From the IMG/VR virus record IMGVR_UViG_3300037067_027639, positions 1 to 34,536 of that record: 34,536 bases of DNA, one strand, 5' to 3'. The position numbers and the translations under genes were made by a program. This DNA is from a virus. Positions 23,949 to 32,278 of the stretch are shown here, in pieces (positions within the stretch are counted from its first letter, which is position 1; each line of letters begins with the position of its first letter). The notes under the pieces are model-generated. The model saw only the letters and a program-made list of their open reading frames with translations, was not told the DNA's origin and did not search any database.

Positions 23949-24277
23949 TGGGCGAGATTGACGACATCCTCAACGACACGATCACGATCGAGCCTTACAC
24001 CGGCATGGACGTGAACGGGGACCGCACCTACGGAACCGCCGTCACCTACCCTGCCTTCGTCTCGCAGCGGATCAAGATCGTCAAGAACCAGCAGGGTGAG
24101 AATGCCGTCAGCAACGTCAGCGTCATGCTTGACGGGGCGGTGGTCCTCGACCGCATGTGCCGGGACCGGATCACCATTGACCCCGGCACCGCATACGCAT
24201 CACAGCCGGTGATCCTTGCCATGGAAGACGCCAAGGACGGCGACGGGACACGCATCTATTGGGAGGTATCGACGTGA
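23948..24277 (+). CDS. Head closure/stopper protein, 109 aa
   Basis: Beta-rich; DTITIEPY..D.NG..TYG..V.YPAFV pattern; neck gene position. Confidence 0.65.
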   Translation: MGEIDDILNDTITIEPYTGMDVNGDRTYGTAVTYPAFVSQRIKIVKNQQGENAVSNVSVMLDGAVVLDRMCRDRITIDPGTAYASQPVILAMEDAKDGDGTRIYWEVST

Positions 24278-24885
24278 GCCACAGCGACCAATGGTACGGG
24301 TCGGTCTCCTATATCGAGGACACCCTTTCCGACGTTTCAGCCGGGTTTTCCCTCATGGAACGCTGGAACACTCCGACAACGAAGTTCGAGCTCACCGGTA
24401 CCAAGGAAGTGATGGCGAACCTCTCGCACATCCTGGTCGTTGCCGAACAGGCAGCATATGATCGACTTGGCCTGAACTGCGAGAGGATACTCGTGGAATC
24501 CGATAAGGAAGTCCCGGTTGACATGACCTACGAGACCCGCAACGTGATCAGGGCCCGGACCAGTAGAAGCAAGAGCAAAACCCGGCAATGGACCATCCCT
24601 AGCAGTATGCAATGGGCTGGTAACGCCGGAAAAGTCATGGTCAAGGTCCGCGGTCGGATGAAAGGCGGCTGGCTGAAATCCACCGGGACCGTCGAAAAAG
24701 TCCCCGAGATCAACGGGTATCGTGTAGGCTACAACACCCCATACGCCCACAGGCAGCACGAGGACCTGACGTACCGGCACACCCGCCCAGGAGCGAAAGC
24801 CAAGTATCTGGAGGATCCCGCCATGAGGATCGCGCCGACCATCGCTGCGGATATCGCAGAAGCGCTCAAGGGGTTCCTCCTATGA
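24274..24885 (+). CDS. HK97 gp10-like tail completion protein with basic insertion, 203 aa
   Basis: GTGA overlap; EVPVD...GWLKST..VGYNTPYAHRQHE..AKYLEDP. Confidence 0.7.
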   Translation: MSHSDQWYGSVSYIEDTLSDVSAGFSLMERWNTPTTKFELTGTKEVMANLSHILVVAEQAAYDRLGLNCERILVESDKEVPVDMTYETRNVIRARTSRSKSKTRQWTIPSSMQWAGNAGKVMVKVRGRMKGGWLKSTGTVEKVPEINGYRVGYNTPYAHRQHEDLTYRHTRPGAKAKYLEDPAMRIAPTIAADIAEALKGFLL

Positions 24886-25274
24886 CTGCCGAATCGGATA
24901 TCGCCGTGTATCTCGCAGCCAAAGGGCGGGGCACGCTCGCCAGCACGATCTTCGTCAACGACAAACCCGCATCCCCGGACGCCGTGATCTGCATTTTCGG
25001 GTATGCGGGCCAGGCGCCGGAATGGACCAACACCAACAAGTACGACCAACCGAGCGTGCAGGTCCTGGTCCGTGGTGCCAAGAACGGCGCCGGAGCCGCG
25101 AGAACCTTGATCGAGAACATCTACAAGGACCTCGATGGCGTGACCAACACGACCATCAACGGCACGTACTACCAGCGCATCGAGGCCGCCCAGTCGGGCC
25201 CGAACCCGATGGGCAAGGATGAGCTCGGACGTACGGAGTACGTCTGGAACTTCTACACATCAAAAACGAGGTAA
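24882..25274 (+). CDS. Tail terminator-like (minor capsid family) protein, 130 aa
   Basis: PSVQVLVRG...QSGPNPMGKDELGR..YVWNF; position before tail tube. Confidence 0.75.
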   Translation: MTAESDIAVYLAAKGRGTLASTIFVNDKPASPDAVICIFGYAGQAPEWTNTNKYDQPSVQVLVRGAKNGAGAARTLIENIYKDLDGVTNTTINGTYYQRIEAAQSGPNPMGKDELGRTEYVWNFYTSKTR

Positions 25275-25280
25275 CAAAAC

Positions 25281-26039
25281 ATGGGAGAACAGGCTGAATC
25301 AGCGGCAGGCTACCACGTCATCTGGGGAACCAGTTACATCGGGGAGACTGTCGATCCGAAAATGCCGGATGAGACCAGGAACATGGTCGACAACACCACC
25401 CACGACGCCCTCGCGGCGAATGGCGGGTATGAAACGAAGAGCAAGGGGACCATCACGCAGAGCGACGGCTCGATCAAGATCTACTACATCGGCTCAACCG
25501 TCCACAAATCCCTCAGGACCGACTTCCTTGCAGGAACCGAGCGGACCGTTTACTTCATACGGCCCTCCGGGGGGGCACTTGCATTCACGTGCAAGAAATG
25601 CACCGCTATCATCTCGAAGATGAGCGAGCCCATCGACAAGAAGGGCAACATCACCTGGGAACTGGCCATCACCCCGACATCGGGGCAGACAGATGTCGAG
25701 ACCGCAGCAGCTGGCCTCACGACACCGTTCTTCGCGATCGCTGACGACGACACGCCCGCGAACGCCATCACGCCGGTACCCGCAGCAGCAGCGGCCGTGT
25801 ATGCATATGAGGTCGAGCTCTACAGCGACAACGCCACGTTCACGGTAACCCCGACCGCAGCAGTTGGCTCGATCTACGTGGACGGGACAGTAGTCGTGTC
25901 CGGTGCAGCGTCGGGAGCCATCACGTCACCTGCAGCAGGGAAAAAGAAGTACCTCCCGATCGTGGTCTTCGAGACCAGCAAGTGCCCGAAGCCGTACCTG
26001 CTCATCGTGAAGAGGGGCCCGGTTGCAAAACCCGTGTGA
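25281..26039 (+). CDS. Major tail tube protein with C-terminal cadherin/Ig-like domain, 252 aa
   Basis: TRNMVDNTTHD..SDGSIKIYY..ITWELAITPTSG tube fold pattern; YEVEL..FTVTPTA..IYVDG..V.SG..S..I cadherin-like tail. Confidence 0.82.
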   Translation: MGEQAESAAGYHVIWGTSYIGETVDPKMPDETRNMVDNTTHDALAANGGYETKSKGTITQSDGSIKIYYIGSTVHKSLRTDFLAGTERTVYFIRPSGGALAFTCKKCTAIISKMSEPIDKKGNITWELAITPTSGQTDVETAAAGLTTPFFAIADDDTPANAITPVPAAAAAVYAYEVELYSDNATFTVTPTAAVGSIYVDGTVVVSGAASGAITSPAAGKKKYLPIVVFETSKCPKPYLLIVKRGPVAKPV

Positions 26040-26047
26040 GGTGACCC

Positions 26048-26422
26048 GTGACTGACCGATCCGTTCCGATCCAGCTGGACAAACTCCGGCATCTCCGGTT
26101 CCAGTTCAACGACATCGCAGACATGCAGGCAGTGTCGCCCGGGATCTTTGACAAGGACCTTACCGACTTCTCGGTCGTCCGGACCTACCTCTGGGGTGGT
26201 CTCAGGCACGAAGACAAGGACCTGCAGCCGTGGCCGGCGGGCGAGAAGAAGATCGGCGAGATTGTCGAGGCACTCCTCGATGAAGAGCAGGTCACCGTTG
26301 CGGACATTGTCAGGAAATGCAACGAGGCAATGGCCGTATCCACGACCATGACCTCGATCCGGAAATCGAACGCCGAACGGAAAAAGCCAGTGGGTGAGGC
26401 AGGCACCCCCACAAAAAACTAG
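26048..26422 (+). CDS. Tail assembly chaperone (lambda gpG-like), 124 aa
   Basis: Between tube and tape measure; ends at a slippery heptamer. Confidence 0.8.
   Translation: MTDRSVPIQLDKLRHLRFQFNDIADMQAVSPGIFDKDLTDFSVVRTYLWGGLRHEDKDLQPWPAGEKKIGEIVEALLDEEQVTVADIVRKCNEAMAVSTTMTSIRKSNAERKKPVGEAGTPTKN
26413..26419 (+). promoter_or_regulatory. -1 ribosomal frameshift slippery site A AAA AAC
   Basis: X XXY YYZ heptamer immediately before the TAG; -1 frame open to 26763; hairpin GGCGA-CTGGA-TCGCC at 26425-26439. Confidence 0.8.
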
Positions 26423-26763
26423 CGGGCGACTGGATCGCCGCGATCGAGCCGCTCGCGTACGGGATCTGCGGGATGACACCGGACCAGCTCTGGAACAGCA
26501 CCCCCGCAGAGTTCCATGCGATCCTCGCGGCACGAGTCGAGGACCGGAGCAAGCACGACAAGAACATCCTGGAATGCCTGGACACCATGAACGCAAAACT
26601 CTGCGAGGTGGTCGTCAAGGCACCCTACATCGAGGATCCGTCCGGGCGGATCCCATCGGAGTTCCAGGTCATGAAACGGGAAAGCAACGAACCGCAGCTG
26701 GACATGACCCCCGAAGGTATCCAGGAGCGGGCATTCGCGAGTTTCCGGGAGGTAAGTGGTTGA
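26419..26763 (+). CDS. Frameshift extension of tail chaperone (gpGT-like; fusion about 238 aa from 26048)
   Basis: -1 frame reads LAGDWIAAIEPLAYGICGMTPDQLWNSTPAEF..., continuous with track ORF 26473..26763. Confidence 0.75.
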   Translation, partial: LAGDWIAAIEPLAYGICGMTPDQLWNSTPAEFHAILAARVEDRSKHDKNILECLDTMNAKLCEVVVKAPYIEDPSGRIPSEFQVMKRESNEPQLDMTPEGIQERAFASFREVSG

Positions 26764-26764
26764 A

Positions 26765-28252
26765 ATGGTAGACGCAGGAAGTATCTGGATCAGGCTCGGC
26801 TTGAACGCCGACGAGCTCCGGTTCGGTCTCGACAAGGCCAAATACGGCCTTCAGGAATGGCGCGGAGAGGTCAACCAGAACAGCATGGAGATGGCCAAAT
26901 GGGGCGCTGCAATCGCTGCGGAACTCGCCCCAGTCGTCGCCATCGGGGCAGTCATCTACGATGCCACTACCAAGGCCGCCGCGTTCGGGGCGCAGATCAA
27001 GGATAACGCCCGGGACCTCGGCATGACAACCGACGAGTACCAGCAATGGTCCCACGCAACGGTGGCGGTTGGCGGGAATGCCGATGCAATGACCGAATCC
27101 GTCCGGATGATGACCGTCCGGATGAAGGAAGCTGTGGATCCTACCTCCGAGATTGGGATGCTGTTTGCAGATCTCGGTGTGAAAGTCGTGGACTCGCAGG
27201 GGAACCTGCGGAGCACCAACGAGGTCCTGCTCGATACGTTCGCAGCGCTCAACCGGCTGCCCGAAGGTTTCGCCAGGAACCAGGCCCAGATGCAGATCTT
27301 CGGGCGGGGATTTTCGAACATCTCTGACCTGGCAGAGATCTCCCGCGAAGAACTCCAGGCCCTCCTTGACCAGTCCCCGGTTTTTGACAGCGACAAGATC
27401 GAGAAGATGGACCGGTTCAACGACGAGCTGATCCTGGTCAACGAACAGTGGAACCTGATGTATGTCGAGCTCGGGACCGAGTTGATCCCGGTCGTTGAGG
27501 AGCTCATGCCGTTCATCCAGGACTACGGGATCCCCGCTGTTGCCGTTCTGGCCGATGTCCTGCAATACGCTGGTCGCGGATTCCATATCGTTGGTTCCGA
27601 GGCGAAAGCAGCCTACGAGATCATCAACAATCACGATCTCGATGCCGCGAAGAAAGAGATGGAGGATCTCGCGAAGTGGATACAGGCAACACAGACCGCA
27701 GACGCCCTTAAGGCTGCTGGATATACCGAGGGGGCGTATTGGGATGGCTCGAAATGGGTCAAACCCACGAAACCCGGAGGGGTTGCACCCGAAGTCGTCG
27801 ACAAGAACGCGGAGCAGGCCGAGAAGGACCGGGTCGCGGCCCTCGTGGATGCATGGAAAGAATACCAGGACCAGATTAAGAAGGTCCAGGACCAGAAAAC
27901 CAAACTCTACGAGCTCGATCAAAACTATCTGCAGGACGTCCAGTTCGCTGGCCGCGATGTCAGTCAGATTCGATCACTCACCATGTCCTACAATCGGTCG
28001 AGACAGGCAGTGGCGGCGGACCTTGGAACAGACCAGATGGCGCTGAACGCTGCAGCAACGGAGTTCAACGCGATCCGGGCAGGCCAGGCAATCGAGACCG
28101 TATCAGGTACCAAAGCCTACGAGGAAGCTCAGGCTAAAGCATCCGGGCCACTGGCAGGTATCACCATCACCGGCAACATCTACCTGAACGGCGATAAATC
28201 GTTTGAGAAATACCTTGCCGACCAGCGCAGGCAGAAAGGAGTGAGGACCTGA
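26765..28252 (+). CDS. Tape measure protein, about 495 aa (alternative GTG start 26756)
   Basis: AGSIWIRLGLNADE N-terminus, helical Ala-rich body, LGVKVVDSQGNLRS, QIFGRG; follows chaperones. Confidence 0.9.
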   Translation: MVDAGSIWIRLGLNADELRFGLDKAKYGLQEWRGEVNQNSMEMAKWGAAIAAELAPVVAIGAVIYDATTKAAAFGAQIKDNARDLGMTTDEYQQWSHATVAVGGNADAMTESVRMMTVRMKEAVDPTSEIGMLFADLGVKVVDSQGNLRSTNEVLLDTFAALNRLPEGFARNQAQMQIFGRGFSNISDLAEISREELQALLDQSPVFDSDKIEKMDRFNDELILVNEQWNLMYVELGTELIPVVEELMPFIQDYGIPAVAVLADVLQYAGRGFHIVGSEAKAAYEIINNHDLDAAKKEMEDLAKWIQATQTADALKAAGYTEGAYWDGSKWVKPTKPGGVAPEVVDKNAEQAEKDRVAALVDAWKEYQDQIKKVQDQKTKLYELDQNYLQDVQFAGRDVSQIRSLTMSYNRSRQAVAADLGTDQMALNAAATEFNAIRAGQAIETVSGTKAYEEAQAKASGPLAGITITGNIYLNGDKSFEKYLADQRRQKGVRT

Positions 28253-28599
28253 TGGTCACCTGCACCTTTGATGGCACGCTGGTTCCGAGCCGGCAGATTG
28301 TCCGGGAAAAGATTGTCGGATCGGGCGGCGGGTACGAGTATGAAGCCGAGGTCCTGTGCAGAACCAATTTGCACAGTGATTACACGGCCCTGGCAGCCAA
28401 GACCGGGCTGGTGTCCAAGGCTCGGCTGTTATCGAGAAAAATGCACATCCAGGCGCAGGGAGCAGTCTGCGGCACGCTGGTCCTGAACGGCATCTCGTAT
28501 ACGAACTGCTATATCGAGAGCCTCAGCGCAGCGGAAGTCCCGCAATCGAACCTGGGGGTCTGGGAATTCACGATCAGTTTTGTGAGGCACACAGTATGA
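28252..28599 (+). CDS. Putative distal tail protein, 115 aa
   Basis: TGATG overlap; beta-rich; first gene after tape measure. Confidence 0.55.
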   Translation: MVTCTFDGTLVPSRQIVREKIVGSGGGYEYEAEVLCRTNLHSDYTALAAKTGLVSKARLLSRKMHIQAQGAVCGTLVLNGISYTNCYIESLSAAEVPQSNLGVWEFTISFVRHTV

Positions 28600-28814
28600 C
28601 CGAAGCAAGGATTCGCGGAATTGCCGAATGCACGACGATTCACCGGGGCGTTCCCCCGGCGAACTGCGCCATGGGATGCCCGGAATATCTCTCGATCGAT
28701 ATCTGCGCAACCTGTTATCGGCGCCCGGTAAAGTCAGTCGAACACGTCAAGACCCCTGTCACTTATCGGAAGGGCCCTGATGGCAATCCAATCGACATTC
28801 AGGAGGAGAAGTAA
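28596..28814 (+). CDS. Small Cys-rich protein, 72 aa
   Basis: ATGA overlap; C...C..GCP..C..C. Confidence 0.6.
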   Translation: MTEARIRGIAECTTIHRGVPPANCAMGCPEYLSIDICATCYRRPVKSVEHVKTPVTYRKGPDGNPIDIQEEK

Positions 28815-28817
28815 CTC

Positions 28818-29195
28818 ATGGTAACAGTCACAATCGTGGGCCTCGAATACCAGGCCCGGTACACAAACCAGACCACTGCCGGATCTTGGCAGTATCTGGC
28901 AATAGGGGAAGGGGACACGGCAGAATCCGACGCTCACACGGCGCTTGTCAGCGAATGTACGGGGTCGGGCATGGCGCGGGCCCTCGCGACCTGCTCGTAC
29001 GAGTCGGCATTCAAGAGCGTGTGGTCCCACACTTTCACCAACAACACCGCTGCATCCATTGGGGTGAACGAAGCTGCTATCTTTGATGCCGCATCCGCAG
29101 GACACATGCTGATGCGGGGGAAGGCCCCGGCGACCAAGAACGTGGCGGTTTCGGAAACGCTCGAAGTCGTGATGAAACTCGCACAGGCGGTGTGA
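28818..29195 (+). CDS. Putative virion/tail-tip structural protein, 125 aa
   Basis: YLAIGEG..D..LVSE...EAAIFDAASAGHMLMR..TKNV pattern common in tail-tip proteins. Confidence 0.65.
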   Translation: MVTVTIVGLEYQARYTNQTTAGSWQYLAIGEGDTAESDAHTALVSECTGSGMARALATCSYESAFKSVWSHTFTNNTAASIGVNEAAIFDAASAGHMLMRGKAPATKNVAVSETLEVVMKLAQAV

Positions 29196-29983
29196 TCGTG
29201 ACCATCGCATCACTTGACGACTACATCGCAGCGGTCAAGCAGAAACCTGTCTTCTATAAGAGCGCGGCGAGGACGACCGTGGCGGCAACCCCGTTCACGC
29301 TGTTCGATCTCGCGGGGGTGCCGGGGCCGGGAACCCTGTCGCCCGGCAACACGGCTAACGGGATCGTGCCGACTGACGCAACGGACGGGTACCCGAAGAT
29401 CGAAGCGTTCACCGGCACCGGATACCTGACGCGGGTCATGTACTCGAACAGCGTGGTAGGGAACCTCCGTCTCTATGACCGGCTTTTCGTGGCCGGGGCA
29501 TACGCGCACAACGCCGATGTCACCCTGTCAGCACAGCCGTCGTTCGCCGCAAGAGTTCCGAACGGATTCTACAACGGCATCGAGCTCTGGTACGAACAGG
29601 TCACGGCAGGAACGGGCGTACCGAGTATCCAGATCAACTATCTCGACCAGGACGGCAATGCAGGTGACACGGGCGTCGTCTCGCTCGCCATCGCACACAC
29701 GCTCGGTCGTTGCACCCGCATCCCTCTCGCGTCTGGCGACTCCGGAGTCAGCGGCATTACCCGGGTCAGGGGAACCGTGGCCACGGCAGGCACCTGGAAC
29801 ATCATGATCCTCCGCCCGCTCTGGAACGGTCGGCTGACGATCATCAACGACCTCCGGGTGGACGACATGCTCAGCACGGGCATGCCGCAAGTCTATGACA
29901 ACTCCGCGCTGTATGTCCTGGACGACTCCGACGCAACATCATCCGGCACACCCTACATGGCAATCGAGATCGCAGACAAGTAG
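29192..29983 (+). CDS. Putative tail structural protein, 263 aa
   Basis: GTGA overlap; Gly/Thr/Ala-rich beta protein in tail module. Confidence 0.65.
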   Translation: MIVTIASLDDYIAAVKQKPVFYKSAARTTVAATPFTLFDLAGVPGPGTLSPGNTANGIVPTDATDGYPKIEAFTGTGYLTRVMYSNSVVGNLRLYDRLFVAGAYAHNADVTLSAQPSFAARVPNGFYNGIELWYEQVTAGTGVPSIQINYLDQDGNAGDTGVVSLAIAHTLGRCTRIPLASGDSGVSGITRVRGTVATAGTWNIMILRPLWNGRLTIINDLRVDDMLSTGMPQVYDNSALYVLDDSDATSSGTPYMAIEIADK

Positions 29984-29995
29984 GCGGCCTGCACC

Positions 29996-32278
29996 ATGGC
30001 GGCCTCGGTCTGGAGGAGGAGCATTGGCCGGAAACGCCTCACTTCCGATCACCTCCTCAACAAAAACGTCAACGGCACCCTCGCGCATATAGCGAATGCC
30101 TTTTTCGAGCGCGGGGGGTCCGATCTCGCGTTTCCGGTTGCTACGGTCGCGATATCGCCAGGCACGCTCTACCTGAGCGGCATCAACTCCGAACTGGTCT
30201 TCGAGCCCGTCACAATGACAGTCTCAGCGGACGAGCTCTGGACCTCGACCGACATGAAAACCACAGTCCGGATCTCCGGCCAGCTGTTCATCAAGGGGCA
30301 GAGCGATTTTCTCGTATTCGAAGAACCGGCAACCATCCAGCTGGCCGGCTCAATGGATCCGATTCTGCAGGACATGTCGTTCTGGACCGAAGTCCGGATC
30401 GAGGGGTCCATGCACTTCGGGCCTGCGCCGCCAACACCGGAATTTCACGGCAATGTCTGGCGCCGGTGCCCGGGTGGTGGACGGCTGAACTCGTCCCATC
30501 TCGTCAAACGGTTCGCGTATGACGATCCTTACCTCAAACCGATCGCCCGGCATTACTTCGAGCCGGGGCAGTTCCTGGCATTCGACGCCGCTACGATCAC
30601 ACTCACATCTTCGATGAACATCCAGGGCATCAACGCCCAGATGATTTTCGAGCCCGTGGAACTCACCCTGGCAGGCTCGATGCTGGCGAACCAACAGCTT
30701 GCGCTCGAAGGAACCGTCTATAACGTCCCGCTGCCAATCACGACAAAATCATACTTGCCGACCAGTGTCGAGACCGGCCTGCCCCCACTCTGCACGGGCG
30801 TGACGGTCACCCAGGGCCTGACCGACAAGATGGCAGCCGCCTCGTTCGAGTTTGTCCTTGCAACGACCGGAGGGGTATACAGCAGCATCTATTTCCGGGA
30901 TGTCGCAGTGAAAATCCCGGACTATGCCGGCACAATGCAACCGGTCTTCGTCGGGTTCATCCCGTCATCAACTGCCCGTCATGGTCCTGCAGAGGACTCG
31001 GAAACCATCAGGGCATACAACTACGCCTGGTATCTCTCGATGCAGTATCTCAACGATGCCGACATGACTATCCTCACGGAGGAAAGCCAGGCGTCGCAGA
31101 CTCTCCACCGGCTCTACTACGACTTCGTGGTCCACCACTTCAAGGTCGGTGACGTCGTGGTCGGAGGGACGACGGGCGACTTCGGCAAGGTCGTCGCTGT
31201 CAGACCATACGGGTATCCCTGGATTGAGATCGAGAACGCCACGGGCATTTTCCAGCACGGGGAACAGCTGCTTGTCGATGATGAACTGTATGCCTATGCG
31301 GACGGCCATGCTATCGACGTAACCGGGACTATCTCATCTACCGTCAGGTCCCCGGAGACGTGGGTCCGCGACGTGCTTGGGGGCACCAGTTGGCAATCCA
31401 TCACCGGGATAGAACCGTACCGGCTGGCGTCGACATCGGGAATTTACGGGACTACACTCAAACTGGCCATTGACTGGATCTTCCGCGAGAAGCAGACCAA
31501 GATCCAGGCCATCGAGGAGGTTGCCAAGTATCTGGGATTCATCTTCGTAGTGAAACACCGGGTCAGCGGCAGCCAGGTAATCCCTGCTGCCTACTTCATT
31601 CAGGAAGATGAGATCGACAACATCTTCACGGGGCTGGACCTACCGGCACCGGTCACCATCACCAACCCGGACCCGTACCTCATCACACCAGTCACGCTTG
31701 ACCAGGACGGCGAAGAGAAATACAACCGGGTGACGGTCCGGTGTCAGAGTTTCTCAGGGAAATGGTATTCCAAGACCCTCCAGAGCAGCGGTGTCGACGC
31801 GGGGCAGGAACTGCCGATCGAATATTACGAGATTAATCCCGACATCGCACTCCAGAAAGAATGTGACGCACGGTGCGCGGATCTCTGGGCATACTACAAC
31901 AGCCAGGTCCTGAAATGGACCGCAACGTTTCTGAAACGGTCGGACTTCCGATTACTGCAGCAATTGGTTTTCAGCGGGTATGGCGTGCAGATCCCCAACG
32001 GGACTTACCGCATCGTCTCAATCCAATATCAATATGCAGATGGAGGGCTGGTCAACCAGGTCACGGTCCAACTCGTGCCGGACAGCCAGTTCAGGGCATA
32101 CCTGAACCTCACGCGGGTCTTCACGGAATCGATCGGGGAAATCCAGGCGATTGTGAAAGGCGAACTTGCGCTCCTTGACGCTGTCGAGGCCGGCACGGTG
32201 ACTTCGGCCGAAGGCGGGAAAGTGGTGCTCAAGACTGAAAGCGGGCAGGTCCGGACCGGGCGGGACCCATCATCATGA
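29996..32278 (+). CDS. Large tail-tip/baseplate hub-like protein with duplicated N-terminal module, 760 aa
   Basis: Position; IQAIEEVAKYLGF..YNRVTVRC..hub-like C-terminal half; about 75-aa internal repeat. Confidence 0.7.
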   Translation: MAASVWRRSIGRKRLTSDHLLNKNVNGTLAHIANAFFERGGSDLAFPVATVAISPGTLYLSGINSELVFEPVTMTVSADELWTSTDMKTTVRISGQLFIKGQSDFLVFEEPATIQLAGSMDPILQDMSFWTEVRIEGSMHFGPAPPTPEFHGNVWRRCPGGGRLNSSHLVKRFAYDDPYLKPIARHYFEPGQFLAFDAATITLTSSMNIQGINAQMIFEPVELTLAGSMLANQQLALEGTVYNVPLPITTKSYLPTSVETGLPPLCTGVTVTQGLTDKMAAASFEFVLATTGGVYSSIYFRDVAVKIPDYAGTMQPVFVGFIPSSTARHGPAEDSETIRAYNYAWYLSMQYLNDADMTILTEESQASQTLHRLYYDFVVHHFKVGDVVVGGTTGDFGKVVAVRPYGYPWIEIENATGIFQHGEQLLVDDELYAYADGHAIDVTGTISSTVRSPETWVRDVLGGTSWQSITGIEPYRLASTSGIYGTTLKLAIDWIFREKQTKIQAIEEVAKYLGFIFVVKHRVSGSQVIPAAYFIQEDEIDNIFTGLDLPAPVTITNPDPYLITPVTLDQDGEEKYNRVTVRCQSFSGKWYSKTLQSSGVDAGQELPIEYYEINPDIALQKECDARCADLWAYYNSQVLKWTATFLKRSDFRLLQQLVFSGYGVQIPNGTYRIVSIQYQYADGGLVNQVTVQLVPDSQFRAYLNLTRVFTESIGEIQAIVKGELALLDAVEAGTVTSAEGGKVVLKTESGQVRTGRDPSS

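Noticed and set aside
12795-27922. Long minus-strand ORFs (12795..14321, 14803..15705, 15820..16986, 26669..27922 and similar)
   Set aside because: Antisense shadows of GC-rich coding genes with strong codon bias; no motifs or ribosome-binding sites
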